From Streptosporangiaceae bacterium (GTDB lineage Bacteria; Actinomycetota; Actinomycetes; Streptosporangiales; Streptosporangiaceae), in assembly GCA_036496025.1 (NCBI GenBank), contig DASXLW010000080.1, positions 7,397 through 71,396 of the forward strand: a stretch of 64,000 bases of DNA, read 5' to 3'. Below the pieces are notes generated by a model, which did no database searches, was not told the DNA's origin, and was given only the letters and a program-made list of their open reading frames with translations. Position numbers and translations under genes: made by a program. Below, in pieces: positions 51,916 to 60,631 of the stretch (position 1 is the first letter of the stretch; each line of letters begins with the position of its first letter).

Positions 51916-54900
51916 GTGAGCTATCCCGCGGACCGGGCGCGCCGGACGACGCTCGCGGGCCGGCTGGCCCGGCTGGGCTTCGCCGACGCCGCCCGGGCCG
52001 AGCGCATGGTCGGCGAGCTTCGGCTCGACGATCAGCTGATCGGCGTGCTCGCGGCCGCGGCCGACCCGGACCTGGCGCTGACCGGGCTGGCGCGGCTGCT
52101 GCCGTCCGGCGACGCGGCCGCGTCCGGCCTGCGGCCGGCGCTGCAGGCCGAGCCGTCTTTCGCGCGCCGCCTGACCGCCGTCCTCGGCGCCAGCGCCGCT
52201 CTGGCCGATCACCTGGCCCGCCACCCCGGTGACTGGCGCGTGTTGCACGGGGCCGGCGCGCTGCAGCGGCCCACCGCCGGGGAACTGCGGGCCGCGCTCC
52301 TGCGGGCGGTCGGCGCGGTGCCCGGTGACGCCGAGCCGCGCGCCGCGCCGGCGCCGGGCACCGATCCCGCCGTCACGCTGTGCGCCAGCTACCGGCGGGC
52401 GCTGCTGCACCTGGCGGCCAGGGACCTCACCGGTGCCGTCACCGTGGACGAGGCCGCGGCCGAGCTCGCCGACCTGGGCGCGGCCGCGCTGGAGGCGGCC
52501 CTCGCCGTCGCCCGCGCGCAGCTGCCCGCAGAAGCGGCGGCGGCCCGGCTGGCCGTGATCGGGATGGGCAAGTGCGGCGGCCGCGAGCTCAACTACGCCA
52601 GCGACGTAGACGTGATCTTCGTCGGCGAGCCCGCCCCGGGACAGCCGGAAGACGCGGCGCTGCGCACCGCGACCCGGCTGGCCGCCGCGATGATCCAGGT
52701 CTGCTCCCAGACCACCAGCGAGGGAACGATCTTCCCCGTCGATCCGAACCTGCGGCCCGAGGGCCGCAGCGGCCCGCTGGTGCGCACGCTGGCCAGCCAT
52801 CGCGCCTACTACGAGCGCTGGGCCAAGACCTGGGAGTTCCAGGCGCTGGTCAAGGCGCGCCCGGTGGCCGGCGACCCGGATCTGGGCCGCGCCTACGCCG
52901 AGGCCATCATCCCGCTGGTATGGCAGGCCGCGCAGCGCGAGAACTTCGTCGCGGACGTGCAGGCCATGCGCCGCCGGGTGGAGCAGAGCCTGCCCGCCCG
53001 GCAGGCCGGCCGCGAGCTGAAGCTCGGTCCCGGCGGTCTGCGCGACATCGAGTTCACTGTGCAGTTGCTGCAGCTCGTACACGGCCGCACCGACGATACG
53101 CTGCGCAGCCCGGCCACGCTGCCCGCCCTGGCCGCCCTGGCCGACGGCGGCTACGTCGGCCGCGACGACGCCGCCGCGCTGGCCGACGCCTACCGGTTCC
53201 TGCGCCGGGTGGAGCACCTGCTCCAGCTCTACCAGCTCCGCCGCACGCACTCCCTCCCGGACGACCCGCCGACGATCCGCAGGATCGGCCGTGCCATGCA
53301 CCAGCCTTTGCTCCCGAACGGACCGGGGTCGGCCCCGGCACGGCCGCCCCCCGACCCCGCGGCGGCATTCACCGCCCAGTGGCGGCGGCACGCGATCGAG
53401 GTCAGGCGGCTGCACGAGAAGCTCTTCTACCGCCCGCTGCTGCACGCGGCCGCGCGGCTACCGGGTGAGGCGGCCCGCCTGACGCCGGACGCGGCCCGGG
53501 CCCGGCTGGAGGCGCTCGGCTACACCGACCCGGCCGGGGCGCTGCGCCATATCGAGGCACTGACCGCGGGGGTCTCGCGACGGGCCGCCATCCAGCGCAC
53601 GCTGCTGCCCGTGCTACTGGACTGGTTCGCGAGCGCGGCTGAGCCGGACGCGGGGCTGCTGGCATTCCGCCAGGTCAGCGACGCGCTAGGACAGAGCCCC
53701 TGGTACCTGCGGCTGCTCCGGGACGACACCAAGGTAGCCGAGCGGCTGGCCCGCATCCTGGCCTCCAGCCGGTACGCGACCGGGCTGCTGCTGCGGGCCC
53801 CGGCGGCGGTCGCGATGCTGGGCGATGACGCCGAGCTGGCCGCCAGGCCACAGCAGGTGCTGCGGGCCGAGGCCGCGGCGGTAGTGGGCAGGCACGAGGA
53901 GGCCGAAGCCGCGGTGACCGCGCTGCGCGCGATCCGGCGCCGTGAGCTGCTCCGCATTGCCGCGGCCGACCTGCTGGGGCTGGCCGGGCCGGAGCAGGTC
54001 AGGGAGGCACTGACCAGCCTGGCCGCGGTCACGGTAGAGGCCGCGCTGGCCGCTGCGATCAGGAAGGTCGAACTTGAGCTGCGCGCCCCGCTGCCGACCA
54101 GGATGTGCGTGGTGGCCATGGGCCGGTTCGGCGGGCACGAGAGCGGCTACGCCAGCGACGCCGACGTGATCTTCGTGCACGACCCGCTGCCCGCTGCCGA
54201 CGCCGGCCCGCGGGAGCCGGGGGCGCCCCGGGCCGCCATCGGACAGGCGGAGCGCAGCGCGGCGCGGGGGCGCGGCGCTGCGGGGGAGCGTGGCGTGGCG
54301 GGGCGGCGCGGCGCTGCGGGGGAGCGTGGCGTGGAGGGGGAGCGTGGCGCGGGGGGGCGGCGCGGCGCTGCGGGGGAGCGTGGCGTGGCGGGGGAGCGCG
54401 GCGTGGCGGGGGAGCGCGGCATGGCGGGGCAGCGCGGCCCTGCGGACTACGACAGCGGGCCGGGGAAGCGCAGCGCGCCCGGGGAGCACGGCACCGGGCC
54501 GGAACGTGGCGCGGATGAGGCGGCGACCCGGGCCGCGCACGCCGTCGCCGAGGAACTGCGCCGGCTGCTCGCCCTGCCGGCCCCCGATCCGCCGCTGCTC
54601 ATCGACCCGGGCCTGCGCCCCGAAGGGCGCCAGGGACCGTTGGTGCGCACGCTCGCCTCCTACCGGGCCTACTACCGCCGCTGGTCGGCGGGCTGGGAGG
54701 CGCAGGCCCTGCTGCGCGCCGAGCCGGTGGCGGGCGACGCCGGCCTCGGCGCCAGGTTCACCGCGCTGGCGGACGAGTTCCGCTACCCGGTCGGCGGGAT
54801 CGACCAGGCCGCGCTCACGCACATCAGGCGCCTGAAGGCCCGGATGGAGGCCGAACGGATACCGCGCGGCATCGATGCGGCACTGCACCTCAAGCTCGGC

Positions 54901-55266
54901 CCCGGCGGACTGGCGGACGTGGAGTGGGTGGCCCAGCTGTTCCAGCTCCGGCACGCCTACGCGACGCCGGCGCTGCGGACGACCCGCACCCTGGATGCGC
55001 TGGACGCCGCGGCCACGGCGGGCCTGCTGACCGAAGCCGACCGGGACGTGCTGGCCGCGGCCTGGCAATTGGCCGCCCGGATCCGGGACAACCTGATGCT
55101 GGTTCGCGGCCGGCCGTCCGACGTGCTGCCCACCAGTCCTCCGGAGCTGTCCGCCGTCGCCCGGCTGACCGGCTACGGCCCGGGCGAATCCCGGGCGCTG
55201 CTTGACGATTACCGGCGGACCGCTCGGCGTGCCCGTTCGGTCATGGAACGGGTTTTCTACGGCTGA
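51916..55266 (+). CDS. glnE: Bifunctional glutamine synthetase adenylyltransferase / adenylyl-removing enzyme
   Basis: GTG 51916. Two nucleotidyltransferase modules are present (GKCGGRELNYASDVDVIFV and GRFGGHESGYASDADVIFV), each followed by ..DP.LRPEGR.GPLVRTL.. It is 1116 aa including a repeat insertion. Confidence 0.9.
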   Translation: MSYPADRARRTTLAGRLARLGFADAARAERMVGELRLDDQLIGVLAAAADPDLALTGLARLLPSGDAAASGLRPALQAEPSFARRLTAVLGASAALADHLARHPGDWRVLHGAGALQRPTAGELRAALLRAVGAVPGDAEPRAAPAPGTDPAVTLCASYRRALLHLAARDLTGAVTVDEAAAELADLGAAALEAALAVARAQLPAEAAAARLAVIGMGKCGGRELNYASDVDVIFVGEPAPGQPEDAALRTATRLAAAMIQVCSQTTSEGTIFPVDPNLRPEGRSGPLVRTLASHRAYYERWAKTWEFQALVKARPVAGDPDLGRAYAEAIIPLVWQAAQRENFVADVQAMRRRVEQSLPARQAGRELKLGPGGLRDIEFTVQLLQLVHGRTDDTLRSPATLPALAALADGGYVGRDDAAALADAYRFLRRVEHLLQLYQLRRTHSLPDDPPTIRRIGRAMHQPLLPNGPGSAPARPPPDPAAAFTAQWRRHAIEVRRLHEKLFYRPLLHAAARLPGEAARLTPDAARARLEALGYTDPAGALRHIEALTAGVSRRAAIQRTLLPVLLDWFASAAEPDAGLLAFRQVSDALGQSPWYLRLLRDDTKVAERLARILASSRYATGLLLRAPAAVAMLGDDAELAARPQQVLRAEAAAVVGRHEEAEAAVTALRAIRRRELLRIAAADLLGLAGPEQVREALTSLAAVTVEAALAAAIRKVELELRAPLPTRMCVVAMGRFGGHESGYASDADVIFVHDPLPAADAGPREPGAPRAAIGQAERSAARGRGAAGERGVAGRRGAAGERGVEGERGAGGRRGAAGERGVAGERGVAGERGMAGQRGPADYDSGPGKRSAPGEHGTGPERGADEAATRAAHAVAEELRRLLALPAPDPPLLIDPGLRPEGRQGPLVRTLASYRAYYRRWSAGWEAQALLRAEPVAGDAGLGARFTALADEFRYPVGGIDQAALTHIRRLKARMEAERIPRGIDAALHLKLGPGGLADVEWVAQLFQLRHAYATPALRTTRTLDALDAAATAGLLTEADRDVLAAAWQLAARIRDNLMLVRGRPSDVLPTSPPELSAVARLTGYGPGESRALLDDYRRTARRARSVMERVFYG
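54274..54444 (+). repeat. In-frame collagen-like (Gly-X-Y)x19 repeat inside glnE
   Basis: GAA GER GVA GRR GAA GER GVE GER GAG GRR GAA GER GVA GER GVA GER GMA GQR GPA. The DNA shows 9/36-nt periodicity. Confidence 0.9.
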
Positions 55267-55276
55267 CAGGAGCCGG

Positions 55277-56140
55277 TTAGAGCCGCCCGTAGGCTCGCAG
55301 CGTGTGCAGCGCGTCTACCGTGCGGACGCCACGCCACTCCTGCTCGGCGGCCGGTGACCAGGCCATCCAGTTGAACGTCCAGCCGCCGTCGTCACGCTGC
55401 CCGCGGGCCAGGTGGTCCAGGTGCCCGTCCAGCACGGCGTCGTCGAACAGGCTGCTGGCCAGGCCGGGCGCCGGGGCGTAGTCGAGCGGCCCGTGCACCT
55501 CGCCGGGCGCGTCCGGATCCAGCGCGACCAGGTCCCGCTTGAACAGCAGCCGACCCATGCCGTCCAGGGCCTGGCGAGCCTGCGCCTGGTCCGGGACATG
55601 ATCGAGGAACCGGAACACGCCATGCAGATCGTACGGGCCGGCCTCCGACAGCCCGTCAATCCGCGACCACATCACCTCGGTGGCCCGGGCCAGCCATGGA
55701 TGGCGTACCCCGCGGGCGTGCAGCGTCCCGGCGATGAGCCCGGTGGTGGCGAGCGAGGCGGGGCCGCCCTCCTCCGGCACCCACCACGGCGCGTGCGGCC
55801 AGCCCTCTATCGACGGATCCACGGCGGCGGCGCCGCCCTCGGCCGGCGCGGTGGCCTGCAGCCAGTCGCAGGCGGCCGCGGCCATCCCGTCGGACCAGGC
55901 GTCGGCTTCGTGCAGGATGCGCAGCGCCTGGTCGACGGCGAGCGGCTGGCTGCCCGGGGCCCGGCCGTCGGGCTCCAGGGCGTGCCCGAATCCTCCGTCC
56001 GGATTGCGGTAGGCGGCGACCGCGTCGCGCACCGGCTGGGGCTGGCCCTCGCGCATCAGCCGGTCGAACCTGCGCCGGTCGAGGACCCGCCCGCGGGCGG
56101 CGATGAACTGTTCTGCTGCGTCGATGTCAGGAATGCTCAT
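55277..56140 (-). CDS. Hypothetical protein, possibly an alpha/alpha-toroid (prenyltransferase/terpene-cyclase-like repeat) fold
   Basis: ATG 56140. ..AAYRNPDGGFGHALE.. and ..RGQRDDGGWTFNW.. resemble the repeated DGG[FW] motifs of that fold. No DxDD or Cys/His catalytic motif is seen. Confidence 0.55.
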   Translation of the reverse strand: MSIPDIDAAEQFIAARGRVLDRRRFDRLMREGQPQPVRDAVAAYRNPDGGFGHALEPDGRAPGSQPLAVDQALRILHEADAWSDGMAAAACDWLQATAPAEGGAAAVDPSIEGWPHAPWWVPEEGGPASLATTGLIAGTLHARGVRHPWLARATEVMWSRIDGLSEAGPYDLHGVFRFLDHVPDQAQARQALDGMGRLLFKRDLVALDPDAPGEVHGPLDYAPAPGLASSLFDDAVLDGHLDHLARGQRDDGGWTFNWMAWSPAAEQEWRGVRTVDALHTLRAYGRL

Positions 56141-56221
56141 GCCGCCATCCCACCACTGTCCCCGCCCGCCCGTCTTGAACGAATCGGCCGCCCGCTCGGC
56201 CCACACCGATTCAAGATCATC

Positions 56222-56295
56222 TCCACTTTGCACGCGTTACGACCAAGAATGCGCCCGGTTTGTCCCGATTCCGTGGTCGAAACGTGTGCAAAGTG
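56222..56295. promoter_or_regulatory. Long imperfect inverted repeat (23-bp arms, 21/23 match, 28-nt spacer) in a divergent promoter region
   Basis: ccactttgcacgcgttacgacca (56222-56244) pairs with tggtcgaaacgtgtgcaaagtgg (56273-56295). Confidence 0.6.
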
Positions 56296-56339
56296 GCTCA
56301 GACCGAGGCACTGTCGGGGGTGGGTGAGAGAGTGGGTGG

Positions 56340-57068
56340 GTGGAGCTGCGGCCGGGGTACCGGGAATGGGCGCCGCCTGCCGCGCTGCGGCCGGCGGTGA
56401 GCTGCCTGTGGACGTCGGTGGTGCCCTCCGTCGGGCAGACCCTCGTCCTGCCCGACGCCTGCGCCGATCTCATCTGGCAGGCCGGCGCGGGAACCTATGT
56501 GGCGGGCCCCGACACTGGCCCCGTCCCGGCGGTGCTGGCGTCCGGCACGGTTCTGGTCGGCGTGCGGTTCGGGCCGGGCGGCGGCGGGCCTGCCCTGGGG
56601 CTCCCGCTCACCGAGTTGCGTGACCGCCGGGTGGATCTGGCCGACCTGCTCCCCGGGCTGGCCCGCAGGCTCCCGGGCGATCTGTCGCCGGGCGTGGCGC
56701 TCGGCCGGCTCATCGAGCTGACCGCGGGGCTGGTGTCCGAGCGACCACCGGATCCGCTGGTGACCCACGGTGCACGGCAGCTGGCCGCCTCGCGTGAGCG
56801 CACCGACGAGCTGGCCCGTGATCTTGGGGTCAGCGAGCGCCAGTTCCGCCGCCGCTGCCTGGACGCGGTCGGGTACGGGCCCAAGACGTTGCACCGGGTG
56901 CTGCGGTTCCGCCGCTTCGTCTCGCGCATCGACGCGGCCGACGGCGGGGTGGACCTGGCCCGGGTGGCGGCCGAGGCCGGATATGCCGACCAGGCGCACC
57001 TGACCCGGGAGAGCGTCCGCCTGGCCGGGCTGCCGCCTGCCGCCTTGATCCGGGCGCGCCGGGCCTGA
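56340..57068 (+). CDS. AraC-family transcriptional regulator
   Basis: GTG 56340. The C-terminal HTH is ..LARDLGVSERQFRRRCLDAVGYGPKTLHRVLRFRR.. and ..AGYADQAHLTRE.. Confidence 0.75.
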   Translation: MELRPGYREWAPPAALRPAVSCLWTSVVPSVGQTLVLPDACADLIWQAGAGTYVAGPDTGPVPAVLASGTVLVGVRFGPGGGGPALGLPLTELRDRRVDLADLLPGLARRLPGDLSPGVALGRLIELTAGLVSERPPDPLVTHGARQLAASRERTDELARDLGVSERQFRRRCLDAVGYGPKTLHRVLRFRRFVSRIDAADGGVDLARVAAEAGYADQAHLTRESVRLAGLPPAALIRARRA

Positions 57069-57092
57069 CCCTTCCCGGGCCGGAGGCGGCGG

Positions 57093-57965
57093 CTATCGGG
57101 ATTCGGCGATCATGGCGGTGCCGATCGGCCGGAAGCCGAGGCCCGCGTAAACCCGCGCCACCGCGTCGTCCGAGGCGGACAGGAACACAGTGCGGACGCT
57201 GTCGGCCCTGGCCAGGGTGGCGAGTTTCGCGGTCACCGCCGCGCCCAGACCCTGTCTGCGGGCGCTGGGCAGCGTGCCCACCCCGGTGATCTCGGCCACG
57301 TCGCCCGCTGACTGGCAGCTTCCCGCGGACAGCGGCCCCTCGTCGTCGAACGCGGCCGCCAGCACTGACTGCCCGGCGGCCAGCGTTTCGCGCATCCGGG
57401 AGATGCCCGCCTGGTCCTTGTCGGCCGCCAGCTTGTCCCGCTCGGCCGGACCGGCCAGACCGACGCCGGTGCCCGGGTGCGCAAAGGCCACGTCGGGAAC
57501 CGCGACGACGCGAGCGAGATCCGGCTCGTCCCAGCGGATCGTACGGACGGCCATCCCGGCGGGCACCTGCGCCTGTCGCGGCGGGCTATCCAAGACCATC
57601 AGCGGGTGGGCGGTCACCTCTAGCCCGGCCCCGGCGGCAGCCTCGGTGAGGTCGGGTGCCACCTGCTCGATCCACTCGAAGGACTGGGGGATGCCGAGTT
57701 CGCGCTGGCGGGCCCGCACCCTGCGCACGTCGGCCACTGTGATCCGGCCCCGCGGTCCCTGCTTCGGCCTGGCGTAATACGGCCATCCGGGGCCTTCGGT
57801 CACGAAGAGCACAAGCGGGCCATGCTGCTCGGCGCGGGCCCGATGTTTCGGAACGGCGTCACAGAACCTGTCGATCCGGGTGATGACCGTCTCGCTGGCC
57901 GCGGGGACGCCTGCGCCCCCTTGCCCGTTCTCCCGGTCGGTCAAGCCTGTCCGCCTTCCGCTCAC
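57093..57965 (-). CDS. GNAT family N-acetyltransferase (two-lobed)
   Basis: The C-terminal acetyl-CoA motif is ..TLPSARRQGLGAAVTAKL.. with ..VYAGLGF.. Start is uncertain (GTG 57965 or TTG 57944). Confidence 0.65.
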   Translation of the reverse strand: MSGRRTGLTDRENGQGGAGVPAASETVITRIDRFCDAVPKHRARAEQHGPLVLFVTEGPGWPYYARPKQGPRGRITVADVRRVRARQRELGIPQSFEWIEQVAPDLTEAAAGAGLEVTAHPLMVLDSPPRQAQVPAGMAVRTIRWDEPDLARVVAVPDVAFAHPGTGVGLAGPAERDKLAADKDQAGISRMRETLAAGQSVLAAAFDDEGPLSAGSCQSAGDVAEITGVGTLPSARRQGLGAAVTAKLATLARADSVRTVFLSASDDAVARVYAGLGFRPIGTAMIAESR

Positions 57966-58217
57966 ATGGTCACTGCGGCGACCCTCACGGCCCGTCCAGA
58001 ACCTCGGCCGATCGCGGGTCGAGGTCGATGATAATTCCCTCGCGGGCGTCGACACGTTCACCCGGTGGCCGCGGCGGAGCCGAGAATGCCCCGGACAGCA
58101 ACCCCGCCGGCCGTCTTGCCGCGCCGGCCGGGCAAATCACGATCATCGGCCCCGGCGCCGGGCTAGGACACAATAAGCTCACCAGGCGTTGATCCAAGCG
58201 CAGGCACAGGGAGTTTC

Positions 58218-59228
58218 ATGAAGTGGACCCGGACGACCACGGTCGTCACCGCGTCGTCGGTCGTCGCGGTCGCCGGCCTGACCGCGGGGCTGCTGCTGAT
58301 CCCGGGCCCGCGCCCCGCGCCGCCGCCCCCGCCGCGCCCCACCCCCACTGCTAAGCCCGTTCACAAATCCGACGGCCCGCTACGTTCGCCGTTCACCGGC
58401 GAGCGGGTGAAGAAGCTGAGCACCGTCCTGGCCGTGAAGATCGACAACATCGTGCTGGCCCGCCCGCAGACCGGACTTACGCAGGCTGACATCGTGTACG
58501 TGCTGCCCGTGGAAGGCGGGCTGAGCCGCTTCATGGCGATCTTTTCCTCGCACCTGCCCCGCGTCATCGGACCAGTGCGCAGCTCCAGGGAGGATGACCT
58601 CCAGCTGCTGCGTCAGTTCGGCCGGCCGGCGTTCGCCTATTCCGGTGCCCAGCCACAGCTGCTGAAGGTGGTGGAACACGCCCGGACGGCCGATCTCTAC
58701 GCCGGCCGGGTGGGCGGGTACTTCCGCGACAACAGCCGCATCGCCCCGTACAACCTCTACGCGCACACCACGCAACTGCTGGCCGAGGCCAAGGGCGCGA
58801 GCGAGGCGCACAACATCGGGTTCCGCTTCGGCCACGCGCCGGCCGGCGGGCGGGCCCGGGCGTCGGCCTCGGTTTCCTACTCTGCCGCCTCGTTCCGCTT
58901 TACCTGGTCCCGGTCCAAGGGACGCTGGCTGGTGTGGATGGACGGGCAGCGCGCGGCCAGTACCGAGGGGCCTCAGCTTTCGGCCGCCACGGTGGTCATC
59001 CAGCACACGATCGTGAGCACGTCCCGTTTCCTGGAGTGGCCCGGCATCCGGCCGCCCTTCGCCCGCAGCATCGGGTCCGGCTCAGCCCTGGTGCTGCGGG
59101 ACGGGGAGGCTTATCACGCCCGCTGGTCGCGGCCCCACGGCCGCGACGGCACGACCTTCACCACCGACTCGGGTCAGCCGATGACCTTCGCCCGCGGCCC
59201 GGTCTGGATCGTGCTCGCGCCGCGCTGA
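58218..59228 (+). CDS. DUF3048-domain secreted/anchored protein
   Basis: An N-terminal TM/signal and Pro-rich linker are followed by ..SPFTGERV.., ..LAVKIDN.., ..RPQTGL.QADIVY..PVEGGLSRFMAIF.. and ..GPVRS.R.. Confidence 0.75.
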   Translation: MKWTRTTTVVTASSVVAVAGLTAGLLLIPGPRPAPPPPPRPTPTAKPVHKSDGPLRSPFTGERVKKLSTVLAVKIDNIVLARPQTGLTQADIVYVLPVEGGLSRFMAIFSSHLPRVIGPVRSSREDDLQLLRQFGRPAFAYSGAQPQLLKVVEHARTADLYAGRVGGYFRDNSRIAPYNLYAHTTQLLAEAKGASEAHNIGFRFGHAPAGGRARASASVSYSAASFRFTWSRSKGRWLVWMDGQRAASTEGPQLSAATVVIQHTIVSTSRFLEWPGIRPPFARSIGSGSALVLRDGEAYHARWSRPHGRDGTTFTTDSGQPMTFARGPVWIVLAPR

Positions 59229-59497
59229 CCGTCACACCTGGGCAGGCCTGATCGTCGCGGGATTCTGGCGATTTCGCGGCCATCTTTTCTGCATTGCTAC
59301 TTCCTTCTAGGCTCCGTGCCGCAGGAGACCTAACCGCCCATCCTCGGTGAAACGTAAGCCCAGCGGCGCAAGCGCGCCCCCCGTCTATTCCCTGGGTATG
59401 AGATGAAGTTCCACCCTGGGGCGGATGCGCCGGCGCTCTCGCGTCACGACGATGGATGCAGGCCAGGACAAGGACTCAGGCGAAGAGGGTGAACGGA

Positions 59498-59980
59498 ATG
59501 GACGGTCGGCAGACGATGCGGGCCTCGGACCGTGACCGGCAGGAGGTCGTGGACCGGCTGCGCGGCGCCATGCAGGACGGCCGCCTGCAGATGGACGAGT
59601 TCACCGACCGGGTGGGACTGGCCTATCAGGCGCTGACCTACGGCGATCTCGTCCCGCTGTGCGCTGATCTGCCGACGGTGCGCTCCACGCAGCAGGCGGT
59701 TCCGGCCACCCCGGCAACGGCCGCCTGCGGCCCGTGGCGAGGCATCCTCACGGGCCTGCCGACATCGCTCAAGGTGCTGTGGACGATCTGGCTGGCCACC
59801 GTGTCGATCAACGTCATGGTCTGGGTTCTGGTCAGCGTCACCACCGCCCACCCGCTCTATCCATGGCCGCTCTGGGTCGCCGGACCCTGGGGGGCCGCGC
59901 TGTTCGCCATTTCGGCTGGCGCCAGGCAGATCCGGCATGGTCGTCCGACCGCCGCGCAAGGCCGGCCGGCGAAGGCCTGA
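59498..59980 (+). CDS. DUF1707-domain membrane protein
   Basis: ..MRASDRDRQEVVDRLRGAMQDGRLQMDEFTDRVGLAY.. is followed by two TM helices. The true start may be ATG 59516. Confidence 0.75.
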   Translation: MDGRQTMRASDRDRQEVVDRLRGAMQDGRLQMDEFTDRVGLAYQALTYGDLVPLCADLPTVRSTQQAVPATPATAACGPWRGILTGLPTSLKVLWTIWLATVSINVMVWVLVSVTTAHPLYPWPLWVAGPWGAALFAISAGARQIRHGRPTAAQGRPAKA

Positions 59981-60090
59981 CCCAGCCTCCCAGGGCGCCT
60001 GGATTGGCCCAGGAACACAACGCCCGATTGGCCCTGGATGACGAGCCATTCTCGCCATAACGTGGGCGCACAGCATTACGCGGAGGACCT

Positions 60091-60582
60091 ATGAGCCAGG
60101 CGACATTCGAACCCACGCTGCCTCTCGGCTCCGACGGCATGCCGTGGATCCCGGCCGGGCCGGGCAAGTGGTTTCGCCCACTGCGCTTCACCTCGGACGG
60201 CTGGTCCGAGGTGATACGGCTCGAGCCGGGGAGCACCGTGACGATGCACCGTCACACCGGTGAGGTGCACGCGATCAACCTCGCTGGCACCCGTGAGATC
60301 TTCGGCACCGGCGAGCGAGTCGGGCCGGGTAACTACGTGTACGAGCCCGCTGGAACCGTGGACGGCTGGGGAGCGATCGGCGACGAGCCCTGTGTGGTGC
60401 ACATCAAGGTCACCGGCAGCATCGAGTATCTCGGCGGGAACGGCCAGGTCATCGAGTCCGTGAACGCGGAATCCCGGCGCGCGCGGTACCTGACCTGGTG
60501 CCGGGAGCATGGCGTCCGCCCGGCGGAGCAGATCGTCGGGCGATCCAGCGGAACGAGCGGCCGCAGGCGGCGGCGCCGCTGA
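60091..60582 (+). CDS. Cupin-fold protein, 2,4'-dihydroxyacetophenone dioxygenase-like
   Basis: ..WIPAGPGKWFRPLRF.., ..HRHTGEVHA.. and ..YVYEPAG..D.. fit the family. An Arg-rich tail is present. Confidence 0.7.
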   Translation: MSQATFEPTLPLGSDGMPWIPAGPGKWFRPLRFTSDGWSEVIRLEPGSTVTMHRHTGEVHAINLAGTREIFGTGERVGPGNYVYEPAGTVDGWGAIGDEPCVVHIKVTGSIEYLGGNGQVIESVNAESRRARYLTWCREHGVRPAEQIVGRSSGTSGRRRRRR

Positions 60583-60631
60583 AGGCGCAATACCCGCTCT
60601 CGCGCCGCTCCGACCCGAAGGGACACAGCCC

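Noticed and set aside
54105-54518. Alternative-frame ORFs over the glnE repeat (for example 54105..54518 plus strand and 54147..54422 minus strand) as separate collagen-like or Arg-rich genes
   Set aside because: All three frames are open because of the GC-rich repeat. Only the glnE frame is continuous with conserved flanking domains.
51877-55068. Two long minus-strand ORFs (51877..53445 and 53686..55068) opposite glnE
   Set aside because: They are shadow ORFs. glnE shows both nucleotidyltransferase modules in the plus frame.
56222-56295. Calling the 74-bp inverted-repeat element a MITE
   Set aside because: There is no recognisable target-site duplication at its ends and no second copy within the 64 kb. 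This cannot be decided without the whole genome, so it is annotated as a regulatory inverted repeat.
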